Notes under the pieces: model-generated
What the model saw: the letters and a program-made list of their open reading frames with translations, nothing else
What the model was told of the DNA's origin: nothing
Database searches by the model: none
Program-made: the position numbers and the translations under genes
Shown: positions 27,269 to 35,484 of the stretch, piece by piece
Position numbering within the stretch: the first letter of the stretch is position 1
Layout: each line of letters begins with the position of its first letter
Assembly: GCA_964651315.1 (NCBI GenBank)
Contig: CAZYXO010000001.1
Location: forward strand, 1-37,399
Length of the DNA stretch: 37,399 nt
Direction: 5' to 3'
From: an uncultured Muribaculaceae bacterium
GTDB taxonomy: Bacteria; Bacillota_I; Bacilli_A; RF39; UBA660

Positions 27269-28120
27269 CTAGTTCTTCTTAAATAACTTTTTAATAAATT
27301 CGATTAGTAATTTAAACCATGATTTTTTATCATTTTTTTCTACATTAAATTGAGTTTCAATTTGTGGTTCATTCTTGTTTTCAATGATTGGTTCTAAACT
27401 AAATTTATTAAATTCTTTAGTCCATGCACTTTGAAACCAATCCATATTTATTGATTTTAAAGCCATATATAAACCATTTTTATCACTATATTTTGCTACA
27501 TAACTTTTAGTTCCTTTTTTTAAAGTCCATTTAGTTTCATTTCCGTATCCAGCATTAGATAGCATTTCTACATCTTCTTTAGGATAAATATATGCTCCAA
27601 TATCAAAAGGATATTTATTTTCAATAATTGGTTTTTCACTATCTACTTTATCATAGTTTAAATTATTACTTTTAAACCATTGTGTCCAAGTACCACGATA
27701 ATTTTTATTTTTCTTGTTTTTAAATTGAGTTATATATATTCTGCCTTTCTTACCATCAAATTTTTTAGCAGTACTTTCTATAACATAACCATTTCCTAAA
27801 TAAATTCCCATATGTCTTTTTTGATATACAAGAACACCAGGTATTTCTGGAATAGTATTTATTGGTCCTTTCTCTTTAGCATCTTTTAATAATCCTTCAC
27901 AATTAGTATCCCTCTGTGTTTTATTATAATATTTAGCATTATTAGTACTATAATTATGCCATAAAAAACATTTTAGTAAACCACAACAATCAAATTGTCT
28001 GGTTCCATCTTTATCATATCTACCAATTCCACCATTTTTATATCTATTTGGTTTCTTTTCTTGTTCTTTAGCCCACAAAACTAAATCATTAGGATTTTTA
28101 TAATCATACATTTTTTTCAC
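27269..28120 (-). CDS. NlpC/P60 (C40) cell-wall hydrolase, endolysin-like, no signal peptide
   Basis: Catalytic Cys context FDCCGLLK and His context RHMGIYLGNGYVIES. C-terminal putative binding domain and a terminal cationic amphipathic helix, KKSWFKLLIEFIKKLFKKN. Confidence 0.75.
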   Translation of the reverse strand: MKKMYDYKNPNDLVLWAKEQEKKPNRYKNGGIGRYDKDGTRQFDCCGLLKCFLWHNYSTNNAKYYNKTQRDTNCEGLLKDAKEKGPINTIPEIPGVLVYQKRHMGIYLGNGYVIESTAKKFDGKKGRIYITQFKNKKNKNYRGTWTQWFKSNNLNYDKVDSEKPIIENKYPFDIGAYIYPKEDVEMLSNAGYGNETKWTLKKGTKSYVAKYSDKNGLYMALKSINMDWFQSAWTKEFNKFSLEPIIENKNEPQIETQFNVEKNDKKSWFKLLIEFIKKLFKKN

Positions 28121-28210
28121 CTCTCACATTAATGTATGAAAAAACACATGAGCCCTGTAATTATATATGTGGAGAACTAATAAAAATATATTAAAAAAGC
28201 TTATTGTTTG

Positions 28211-28239
28211 TTGCATATTAACCATTTTTATTTTATAAT
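28211..28239 (+). promoter_or_regulatory. Promoter of the RhuM::Doc gene (and possibly prfB)
   Basis: TTGCAT, a 17-nt spacer, then TATAAT. Confidence 0.6.
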
Positions 28240-28265
28240 ACATTTATACGAAAGAGAGGCTCAAA

Positions 28266-29210
28266 ATGAAAAATGAAATAATCTTATTTGAAAATCAAAA
28301 TATTAAACTAGAAGTAAATATGAAAGATGAAACTGTTTGGTTAACACAAAAACAAATGGCTGAATTATTTGGTAAAGATAGAAAGACTATAACAAGACAT
28401 ATTCAAAATGTTTATAAAGATGAAGAATTAGATGAAAATTTAGTATGCTCTTATTTTGAGCATACTGCTGATGATGGAAAAAAATATCAAACACAATTTT
28501 ATAATTTAGATATGATTATTAGCGTTGGTTATCGTGTCAATTCTAAAAATGGTGTTTTATTCCGTAAATGGGCGAATAAAGTATTAAAAGATTATTTAAT
28601 TAAAGGATACTCTTTAAACTTTAAAAGATTAGAATACTTAGAAAAAACTGTTAAATTAATTGATATTGCTGGAAGAATAGAAGTGGATTTAAAAAATAGT
28701 GAAGCACAAGATATTATAAAAGTAATAAAAGAATATGGGAATGCTTTAGATTTATTAGATGATTATGATCATAAAAAAATAACTAAACCAAAAGGTACGA
28801 AAAATAGTAATAAAATAACTTATGAAGAATGTCTTGCAATTATCGAAAAATTAAGATTTAATAATGAAAGCACTTTATTTGCATTAGAAAGAAATGAAGG
28901 ATTAAAATCAATTATTGAAAATATTTATCAATCTTTTGATAATCAAGAATTATATCCTACAATTGAAGAAAAAGCCGCAAACTTTTTATATTTAATTATT
29001 AAAAATCATGTTTTTATCGATGGAAATAAAAGAATTGCTGCAACATTATTTATTTATATTTTAGACTATTATAATATGTTATATAATAACAATAAAGAAG
29101 TTATAGATAATAATACATTAGTTGCAATTACTTTATTAATAGCACAATCTAATCCAAAGGAAAAAGAAATATTAATAGATTTAGTAATGAATTTTTTAAA
29201 AAAGAATTAG
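28266..29210 (+). CDS. RhuM-family N-terminal domain fused to a Doc-type Fic domain
   Basis: The N-terminal ~125 aa match the RhuM pattern (WLTQKQMAELF, YNLDMIISVGYRVNS..G..FRKWA). The C-terminus carries the Doc-type Fic motif HVFIDGNKRIAATL (HxFxDGNKR). Confidence 0.8.
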   Translation: MKNEIILFENQNIKLEVNMKDETVWLTQKQMAELFGKDRKTITRHIQNVYKDEELDENLVCSYFEHTADDGKKYQTQFYNLDMIISVGYRVNSKNGVLFRKWANKVLKDYLIKGYSLNFKRLEYLEKTVKLIDIAGRIEVDLKNSEAQDIIKVIKEYGNALDLLDDYDHKKITKPKGTKNSNKITYEECLAIIEKLRFNNESTLFALERNEGLKSIIENIYQSFDNQELYPTIEEKAANFLYLIIKNHVFIDGNKRIAATLFIYILDYYNMLYNNNKEVIDNNTLVAITLLIAQSNPKEKEILIDLVMNFLKKN

Positions 29211-29223
29211 AAATGGAGAAAAT

Positions 29224-30268
29224 ATGAAAAAAGAATTATTAGAATTAAAAGAAAAAATAGAATCTATTGGGAGGTCTCTTTGACTTTCCAACTAAAACAA
29301 AAAGAATACAAGAATTAGAAAGTGAACTACATCAAGATAATTTCTGGGATAATGTAACACTTGCAAATGAAAAATGTGGTGAATTATCTAATTTAAAAAA
29401 AGAAGTTAATGAATACAATAACTTAATTGATGAAATAGATATACTTCTTGAATTAAATGATGATAATTTAACTAATGAACTAGATAATATAAAAGAAAGT
29501 ATTAGTGCTTTTGAAGTAAAATCATTATTAAATGATGAATATGATAACTCAGATTGCTATTTAGAAATACATCCAGGAGCAGGAGGTACAGAATCATGTG
29601 ATTGGGCTTCTATGTTAGTTCGCATGTATACAAGATTTTGTGAAATAAATAATTATGAATGTAAAATAATTGATATGCAAGATGGAGAAGAAGTAGGAAT
29701 AAAATCAGCAGTATTACAAATAAAAGGTGCTTATGCTTATGGTTATTTAAAAAATGAACAAGGTGTGCATAGATTAGTAAGAATAAGTCCATTTGATGCA
29801 AATAAAAGAAGACATACATCTTTTGCATCAGTAAGTGTAACACCAATATTTAATAATGAAATAAATATTGAAATAAAAGAAAGTGATTTAAAAATAGATG
29901 TATATCATTCAAGTGGAGCAGGTGGACAATCAGTAAATACAAGTAATAGTGCAGTTAGAATAACTCATTTACCATCAAAAATAGTAGTAACTTGTCAAAA
30001 TGAAAGAAGTCAACTAAAAAATAAAAATGAAGCATTAAATATGTTAAAAAATAAACTATATAAAAAAGAATTAGATGAAAATAAATTAAAAATTAATAAT
30101 TTAAAAGATAATACTGATATAAATTTTGGTAGTCAGATAAGAAGTTATGTTTTAGAACCATATAAATTAGTAAAAGATAATCGTAGTAATTATGAAAATA
30201 CTAATCCAATTAAAATATTAGATGGTTATATAAAAGAAATGATAGAAAGTGTTTTAAAAGTAAAATAA
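29224..30268 (+). CDS. prfB: Peptide chain release factor 2, with programmed +1 frameshift (29224..29280 joined to 29282..30268)
   Basis: Frame 0 reads MKKELLELKEKIESIGRSL and stops at TGA 29281. The +1 frame continues DFPTK..., with the SPF tripeptide (RISPFDANKRRHTSFA) and the GGQ motif (SGAGGQSVNT). Confidence 0.95.
29269..29284 (+). promoter_or_regulatory. prfB: prfB +1 programmed frameshift site
   Basis: An internal SD-like GGGAGG (29269-29274), a 3-nt spacer, then the slippery CTT TGA C (29278-29284). Same architecture as the E. coli and B. subtilis prfB recoding signal. Confidence 0.92.
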
Positions 30269-30269
30269 A

Positions 30270-30294
30270 ACACTTTTTTATTGTAAAAAAGTGT
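30270..30294. terminator. Hairpin between convergent prfB (+) and the AAA ATPase gene (-)
   Basis: A perfect 11-bp stem acactttttta / taaaaaagtgt with loop ttg. The T-rich flank is on the minus-strand side. Confidence 0.7.
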
Positions 30295-30336
30295 AAAAAT
30301 CATAAAATTTTGGATTATCACATAATCTATACATTT

Positions 30337-31605
30337 TTAATCTTTTAAACATCCAATTGGTACAATTAAAACATCATTATTTGTTACGTAAGCCATATCA
30401 GTACCAGTTATTATCATTAAGAATTCAGGAGCACCAAGTTTAGGTTCATTTTCGATAATTAAATTTTTAAGAGTTAATAAGTGTTCTTCTGCTTCTTTTA
30501 TTTTATCTCCTCCAAGTTTAGTTTCGATTAATGCATATTTTCCATTATCAAAATGAATAACATTATCACATTCTAATCCATATCTATCTCTATAATGATT
30601 TAATGAACCTCCTATAGGATTAATGTATACACTTAAATCTCTATTAACTAAATTTTCAAATAATAATCCATAAGTTTTGCTATCCATTATTATATCTTGT
30701 ACTGTACATCCCAAACTAGCAACAGCAAGAGAAGGGTCAATCATACTTTTTTTAGGTGTTTTTCTTATTGATGTTTTACTTCTAATGTTTGGATTCCATG
30801 CTTCTATTTCTTCAATAATAAATAATTTTTTTAATACTTCTAAATAATCAATAATAGTTCGTTCACTAATATCAGAATAATTGGCTTTAATATCATCATA
30901 TAATGATTGATTAGAATCGATAGTTGATATTTGGCGTGCGTAAGACTTTAATATTGCACGTGCTAAATTTGGATTTCTCTTAACACCATCTACTTTGGAA
31001 ATATCAGAACTGCAAAGAACATTGATATAATTTTTTGCTATTAAAATTGAATCTTCTTCTGAAAGATTTAATGAACTAGGCCATCCACCTCTACATATTA
31101 AATAAGCAATTTTTTCATAAGTTAAAGAGGATTTTATTCCATCTATATTTCTTTTACCATTTAAAATATCACTCAAAGAAATTAAGCCATTAGAATCTCC
31201 GCTTTCATAAAGTGTTAAAGGTTTCATTGTTATAAAAGAAAATCTGCCAACACCGCTATGCAATGTATCATCTTCAAGTGGAGTAGAGGAACCAGTAAGT
31301 ATGTATTGATTTGGTAAACCAGTATTATCTACAGAATAACGCACAGCATTCCAAAGTTTAGGAGCTATTTGCCATTCATCGATTAATCGTGGTTTTTCTC
31401 CCTCTAATAATAATGAAGGTTTAATATTTGCAAGTTCTAAGTAGTTATCTTGTAATTCAGGATTTTGCATTTCTAAAACACTTTTTGCAATTTGTTTAGC
31501 ACTTGTGGTTTTTCCACACCATTTAGGGCCTTTTATAACAATTGCTCCCATAAATGATAGATTTCTTTCTAATTCTTTATCTACAATTCTTTTAATATAT
31601 TTCAT
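30337..31605 (-). CDS. AAA+ ATPase with DUF4143-type C-terminal domain (COG1373-like)
   Basis: Walker A GPKWCGKTT and Walker B-like LIDEWQ, with length and layout typical of AAA_14/DUF4143 proteins. The likely start is ATG 31605; the track GTG 31617 is part of AGGAAGTG. Confidence 0.7.
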   Translation of the reverse strand: MKYIKRIVDKELERNLSFMGAIVIKGPKWCGKTTSAKQIAKSVLEMQNPELQDNYLELANIKPSLLLEGEKPRLIDEWQIAPKLWNAVRYSVDNTGLPNQYILTGSSTPLEDDTLHSGVGRFSFITMKPLTLYESGDSNGLISLSDILNGKRNIDGIKSSLTYEKIAYLICRGGWPSSLNLSEEDSILIAKNYINVLCSSDISKVDGVKRNPNLARAILKSYARQISTIDSNQSLYDDIKANYSDISERTIIDYLEVLKKLFIIEEIEAWNPNIRSKTSIRKTPKKSMIDPSLAVASLGCTVQDIIMDSKTYGLLFENLVNRDLSVYINPIGGSLNHYRDRYGLECDNVIHFDNGKYALIETKLGGDKIKEAEEHLLTLKNLIIENEPKLGAPEFLMIITGTDMAYVTNNDVLIVPIGCLKD

Positions 31606-31663
31606 ATAATAAATCACTTCCTACTTACATTATACACCATAATTAAGAAAAAATAAACATATA

Positions 31664-31730
31664 TTTCAAACATTTGGGGTAATTCGTTTCAAAGATTTGG
31701 GGTAATTCACTTCAAACATTTGGGGTAAAC
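31664..31730. repeat. Three tandem direct repeats (23-24 bp period), core TTCAAA(C/G)ATTTGGGGTAA
   Basis: Read directly: tttcaaacatttggggtaattcg / tttcaaagatttggggtaattcac / ttcaaacatttggggtaaac. Lies between the stop of the GT-C-like gene and the TATAAT box and start of the DUF4143 ATPase gene. Confidence 0.9.
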
Positions 31731-31735
31731 TATAT

Positions 31736-33208
31736 TTATTTAACTTCAAATATCACAAAATACTTATCACTATATATTAATTTATAATCAGCATTTGTAT
31801 GCAAATTTTGTGCTAACATAGCATTAGAATAAGTAATAATATGAGTAAATTCATATTTATTTAATAACTCTAAATAATTACTTTTACAAGTATGAATATC
31901 TCTACTATCATCTAAAATATCATAATCTAAACCACTAAATGCTTTAGTATATAAATCTGCTCTAGAATCAATAAAAACAGGAATATCTTTTAATAATAAA
32001 TAACTACCATAATTATAATCATTATATAATCTAATATTCTTAACATCTAAATTATTAAGAATATAATTACTAGCATCAACAGGATATTCATATTCATCAA
32101 TAAAATTAACTTTACTATTATTATAAATAATTAAACTAGATACACCACATAAACAAATACTAAGAACTATTATAAATACTTTAGAACATATTATATTTGT
32201 AATATTATTATTTACTTCTTCATTATTATTAAAGAAAGTACTAAGTATTCTACACATTGAAATAGTTCCGATAATAAGTAGAAAAGCAACGTGTCTACCA
32301 GATATAATTGACATAAATATTAAACCTAAAATCATAAATAAATCTCTTAATTTAATTTTAGTATTAGTAAATAAAACAATTAATAACGTTTCAATAATCA
32401 TAACAAGAGCAACAGGAGATTTAAATAAAGATAATGAATGATGTTCAAGTACATAATTAAGAGCATTACTTTGATTTAATTTAAATACATAAGTAAAAGC
32501 AGTATTACCAATAGGAGTAATAAAACCACATAAAACACTTAATAACATTATAATAACTAAATATTTAATATTCTTATTTTTATTTATTTCTAACTTATTA
32601 TTACTTTTAAATAATAAAGAACAAATATATTCACCAATAAAAGGTAAATATAAAATAAAGTAAAAAGACCAAGTAGCACAATGTATATTACATATTAATA
32701 AAGATATTAATATTAAAACAATAGAATATATTTTTAAATTCTTCTTATCTTGATATATTTTTTCTAAAGCATAAAACTCTATTACAAATAATATATAAGT
32801 TACTAATTGTGCTCTAGCAGTAACAAAGAAACTTAAACCAAACATACATAAAAGAATAAATATATAGGATACTAAATAATTTTTATTAAATTTAATATTT
32901 ATAAAATAAATTAATAACATTAATATAATAAATAAAACTATATTAGAAATATATATACCAGTTAAACCAAATAAGTTATATATAATTCCAATAAATACAT
33001 CATATAACCAATGAGGATATATATATAAAATATTATGAATAGAGAAATGATCTAACATATCTATTCCATTATCAAGTATTAGATTACCTATTTTAATTGT
33101 ATAAAAAGTATCATTTTCAAATACTTTTTTAGCAAGTGCTATACATAGTATAATTATTGTAAACATAGCAAGTATTAATAATCGTTTATTATTCTTATTA
33201 TTTTTCAT
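31736..33208 (-). CDS. Polytopic membrane protein, GT-C-fold glycosyltransferase-like (tentative)
   Basis: 490 aa with about 11-12 TM segments. The first external loop has acidic/aromatic motifs (ENDTFYTIKIG...DMLDHFS...YPHWLYDV). The ~125-aa C-terminal soluble domain contains PVFIDSRADLY. Family call by recall only. Confidence 0.45.
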   Translation of the reverse strand: MKNNKNNKRLLILAMFTIIILCIALAKKVFENDTFYTIKIGNLILDNGIDMLDHFSIHNILYIYPHWLYDVFIGIIYNLFGLTGIYISNIVLFIILMLLIYFINIKFNKNYLVSYIFILLCMFGLSFFVTARAQLVTYILFVIEFYALEKIYQDKKNLKIYSIVLILISLLICNIHCATWSFYFILYLPFIGEYICSLLFKSNNKLEINKNKNIKYLVIIMLLSVLCGFITPIGNTAFTYVFKLNQSNALNYVLEHHSLSLFKSPVALVMIIETLLIVLFTNTKIKLRDLFMILGLIFMSIISGRHVAFLLIIGTISMCRILSTFFNNNEEVNNNITNIICSKVFIIVLSICLCGVSSLIIYNNSKVNFIDEYEYPVDASNYILNNLDVKNIRLYNDYNYGSYLLLKDIPVFIDSRADLYTKAFSGLDYDILDDSRDIHTCKSNYLELLNKYEFTHIITYSNAMLAQNLHTNADYKLIYSDKYFVIFEVK

Positions 33209-33396
33209 ATATTTTTACTTCTTTCTAAAACATATTATAAATAAAATGTCATAAAAAGTAAAATATTAAAATTTACTACTTGTTTAATTACAAATTATAC
33301 TCTATAATTTTTATTGTATGAAGGATGTCAAAAATTTTAGTTAACAGTATTTTTTTCAAAATTTTTTACTTTTGTGAAAAATATTTGAAAAAGTTA

Positions 33397-33425
33397 TTGC
33401 CAAACAAAAAATTATTTGATAATAT
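33397..33425 (+). promoter_or_regulatory. Promoter of TasA-like member 3
   Basis: TTGCCA, a 17-nt spacer, then TAATAT. This places the transcription start downstream of the in-frame ATGs at 33325 and 33424. Confidence 0.6.
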
Positions 33426-33450
33426 GTATACTAGGAGGAGGAAGAAAAAC

Positions 33451-34071
33451 GTGGAAAGAAAAAATACATTACTTTTAACAGTAATAGCAGTAGCTACATT
33501 ATTAGTAGCAGTAGTAGGTGCAACATTCGCATACTTTGCAAGTACTTATACTCAAAGTGGTAATGACCAAACAGTTAATGTTAGTACTAGAACAATGGCA
33601 ACTGTAACTTATACTACTGGAGCAAATATCCTTGCTGAAAATCAAGATTTAGTAAGTGGAGCAGGAGATAAAGTTTTAAGTTCAGGTGAATTTAATATTG
33701 CAGTAACTGCAGATACAGTAAGAAGTACTGAAATCACATTTGACATTGGAGTTAATTTTACTTCTAATAGTTTCGTACAAACACAAGCAGCTACAGATGC
33801 AACTAGAAATGATGTAGAATGTCAACTTTATAGTGGAACAACTTCAGGTTCATTAACAAAACTAGCAACTGTAGATTGTACTGGAAAAAGTGGTAAAGTT
33901 GTTTTAACAGATGATGCTGAAATTAATTTAGGCACTGCTTCTACAACATTCTATCGCTTAGATGTAGTTTTATTCAATGCTGAAACTGTTGAAAATACAA
34001 ATGTTGGTAAAAGTTTAACAGGAACAATTTATATCGAAGGATTAGATACTGCTATTACTGCAGCAATGTAA
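33451..34071 (+). CDS. Secreted TasA/camelysin-like protein with SipW-type signal peptide (family member 3)
   Basis: GTG 33451 lies 8 nt after AGGAGGAGG and downstream of a TTGCCA-17-TAATAT promoter. Signal peptide ends GATFAYFASTYTQSG. Has a conserved Cys pair (DVECQLYSG...VDCTGKSG) and a terminator after the stop. Confidence 0.7.
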   Translation: MERKNTLLLTVIAVATLLVAVVGATFAYFASTYTQSGNDQTVNVSTRTMATVTYTTGANILAENQDLVSGAGDKVLSSGEFNIAVTADTVRSTEITFDIGVNFTSNSFVQTQAATDATRNDVECQLYSGTTSGSLTKLATVDCTGKSGKVVLTDDAEINLGTASTTFYRLDVVLFNAETVENTNVGKSLTGTIYIEGLDTAITAAM

Positions 34072-34095
34072 TTCTAAATTTAAAATGGAAAATTA

Positions 34096-34120
34096 AAAGG
34101 ATGATTAATTCATCTTTTTT
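34096..34120 (+). terminator. Terminator after TasA-like member 3
   Basis: aaaggatga-ttaat-tcatctttt hairpin running into a T tract. Confidence 0.65.
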
Positions 34121-34363
34121 AATGCTTTAATATAGTAATATTTATATATTAATTGTATTTTATATTACTCCAAGTTAATTGGTGCTCCACTGGGGCACTT
34201 ATTGGAACATAGGTAAGTTAATTAGTGAAACTAAAGGAATGTGATTGAACAAAGTATGGTGATTATGTTATAAAAAAGTGGGCGGACAGGTTAACTGCAA
34301 AGTTTGGAAGTAATTATTCGATTAAATCACTTTGGAGATATAGGCAATTATATAAATCCTTTC

Positions 34364-34392
34364 CAATTATCGCCGCACTGCAGCGACAATTG
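34364..34392. repeat. Imperfect palindrome inside nuclease-gene fragment 1
   Basis: caattatcgc ... gcgacaattg: 10-nt arms with one mismatch and a 9-nt spacer. Confidence 0.8.
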
Positions 34393-34434
34393 AGTTGGTA
34401 GAGCAAAGTACGGACAATTATATTTTACTTTTCC

Positions 34435-34461
34435 AATTGTGCTGACAGTGTCGGCACAATT
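34435..34461. repeat. Near-perfect 13-nt-arm palindrome inside nuclease-gene fragment 2
   Basis: aattgtgctgaca g tgtcggcacaatt. One T:G position, which would be a wobble pair if transcribed. Confidence 0.85.
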
Positions 34462-34617
34462 AAATTTATCACATATGGATATTTTAATTTCTATTAAAAA
34501 CCAAAATAAATAATCTATTTGTTAAATTTTTAAAATAATTAATTCTTGAGACAAAATTCGACAAATTAAACATAATTCTTATGATATTGTATACAACCAA
34601 GAAAGAGAAAAAGAATT

Positions 34618-35466
34618 ATGAATTACTATAATGAAATATATAAAATAGTAGAAAAAAGGGAAGTAAATAAAAAAGTAAGGGAAATAAAAGATAATAGTGA
34701 AAAACTAATGACTTATTGGAATATAGGCAAATTAATTAGTGAAGCCCAAGAGAGTGATCGAGCAAAGTATGGTGATTATGTTATAAAAAAGTGGGCAAAT
34801 CAGTTAACTGCAAAATTTGGAAGTGGGTATGGGATTCGGAAATTGTTTAAATCCAGAAAACTTTATCAAACATTTCCAATTGTGTCGGCATTGCCGACAC
34901 AATTAACATTATCTCATTTTGATGTTTTGTTTCCACTTAAAACTCAAGATAAAATCAATTATTATATCAATGAAACAATTCAAAATAATTTAGGTTATAG
35001 GCAATTAGAAGATTTAATAAAATCAAATGCATATGAAAGATTACCAGAAGATACTAAAAATAATATAAAAGTAATAGAAAATAAATATGAAGTAATACCT
35101 ATTAAAGATAATTTAAAGAATCCAATATCGATAATATATTCGAAGTTATGAATCAAATAGGTAAAGGAAATAGTTTAGTAGGTAAAGAATATAAAGTAAA
35201 TTATAAAGGTAAAACAAGATACATAGATATATTATTATTTAATATACCTAATAATTGTTATATAATATTAGAGTTTAAAATAAGAGAAATGAAAACTTAT
35301 GATATAACGCAAATAGAAGAATATATCAAAATAATAGATAATGAAATAAAAGAATGGCATCATAATAAAACAAGGAATAATTATATCTAAAGTAATAGAT
35401 AGTTATGTAATTACTTATATGAGTAATCCTAATATAGTTGCAACTACTTATAAATTAAAATGCTAA
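34618..35466 (+). pseudogene. DUF1016/YhcG-family PDDEXK nuclease gene, disrupted by at least two frame breaks and an internal deletion
   Basis: ORF 34618..35151 is the DUF1016 N-terminal domain. ORF 35148..35390 carries the PD-(D/E)xK core (YIDILLF ... ILEFKI). The expected C-terminus GIIISKVIDSYVITYMSNPNIVATTYKLKC* reads in another frame, 35365..35466. Confidence 0.65.
34878..34904. repeat. Perfect 13-nt-arm palindrome inside the DUF1016 N-terminal ORF
   Basis: aattgtgtcggca t tgccgacacaatt. Encodes PIVSALPTQL. Confidence 0.9.
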
Positions 35467-35484
35467 CAAATATAAATAAAATAA

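Larger units (their letters stand above)
34171..34512 (+). pseudogene. Nested, stop-interrupted 5' fragments of a DUF1016/YhcG-type nuclease gene
   Basis: Translations KLIGAPLGH / YWNIGKLISET / TKYGDYVIKKWADRLTAKFGSNYSIKSLWRYRQLYKSFPIIAALQRQLSW* / RAKYGQLYFTFPIVLTVSAQLNLSHMDILISIKNQNK* are clearly homologous to residues ~33-110 of the ORF at 34618. Confidence 0.75.

Noticed and set aside
27269-28120. A prophage remnant inferred from the lysin-like hydrolase.
   Set aside because: No holin, tail, capsid, terminase or integrase gene flanks it. The neighbours are a flippase gene and the RhuM::Doc gene. The evidence supports only an orphan lysin-like gene.
1883-29846. About 20 short ORFs in the track lie antisense to, or out of frame within, well-supported genes: 1883..2077, 2840..3118, 3311..3499, 3902..4108, 4796..5053, 8338..8568, 9053..9268, 12848..13093, 13951..14190, 14359..14544, 14756..14959, 15200..15400, 19634..19957, 21385..21600, 22474..22731, 23434..23622, 24245..24427, 25307..25516, 26793..27038 and 29610..29846.
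   Set aside because: Each is fully embedded in a gene with clear homology motifs. Their translations are low-complexity I/F/L/K/N strings, as expected from AT-rich antisense frames. None has an RBS. I treat them as chance ORFs.
33325-33450. The N-terminal extension of TasA-like member 3 suggested by the track (MSKILVNSIFF...MYTRRRKKN).
   Set aside because: A good promoter (TTGCCA-17-TAATAT, 33397-33425) lies inside this extension. A strong AGGAGGAGG RBS precedes GTG 33451, and the paralogue at 35536 starts at the equivalent position. The extension is most likely non-coding.
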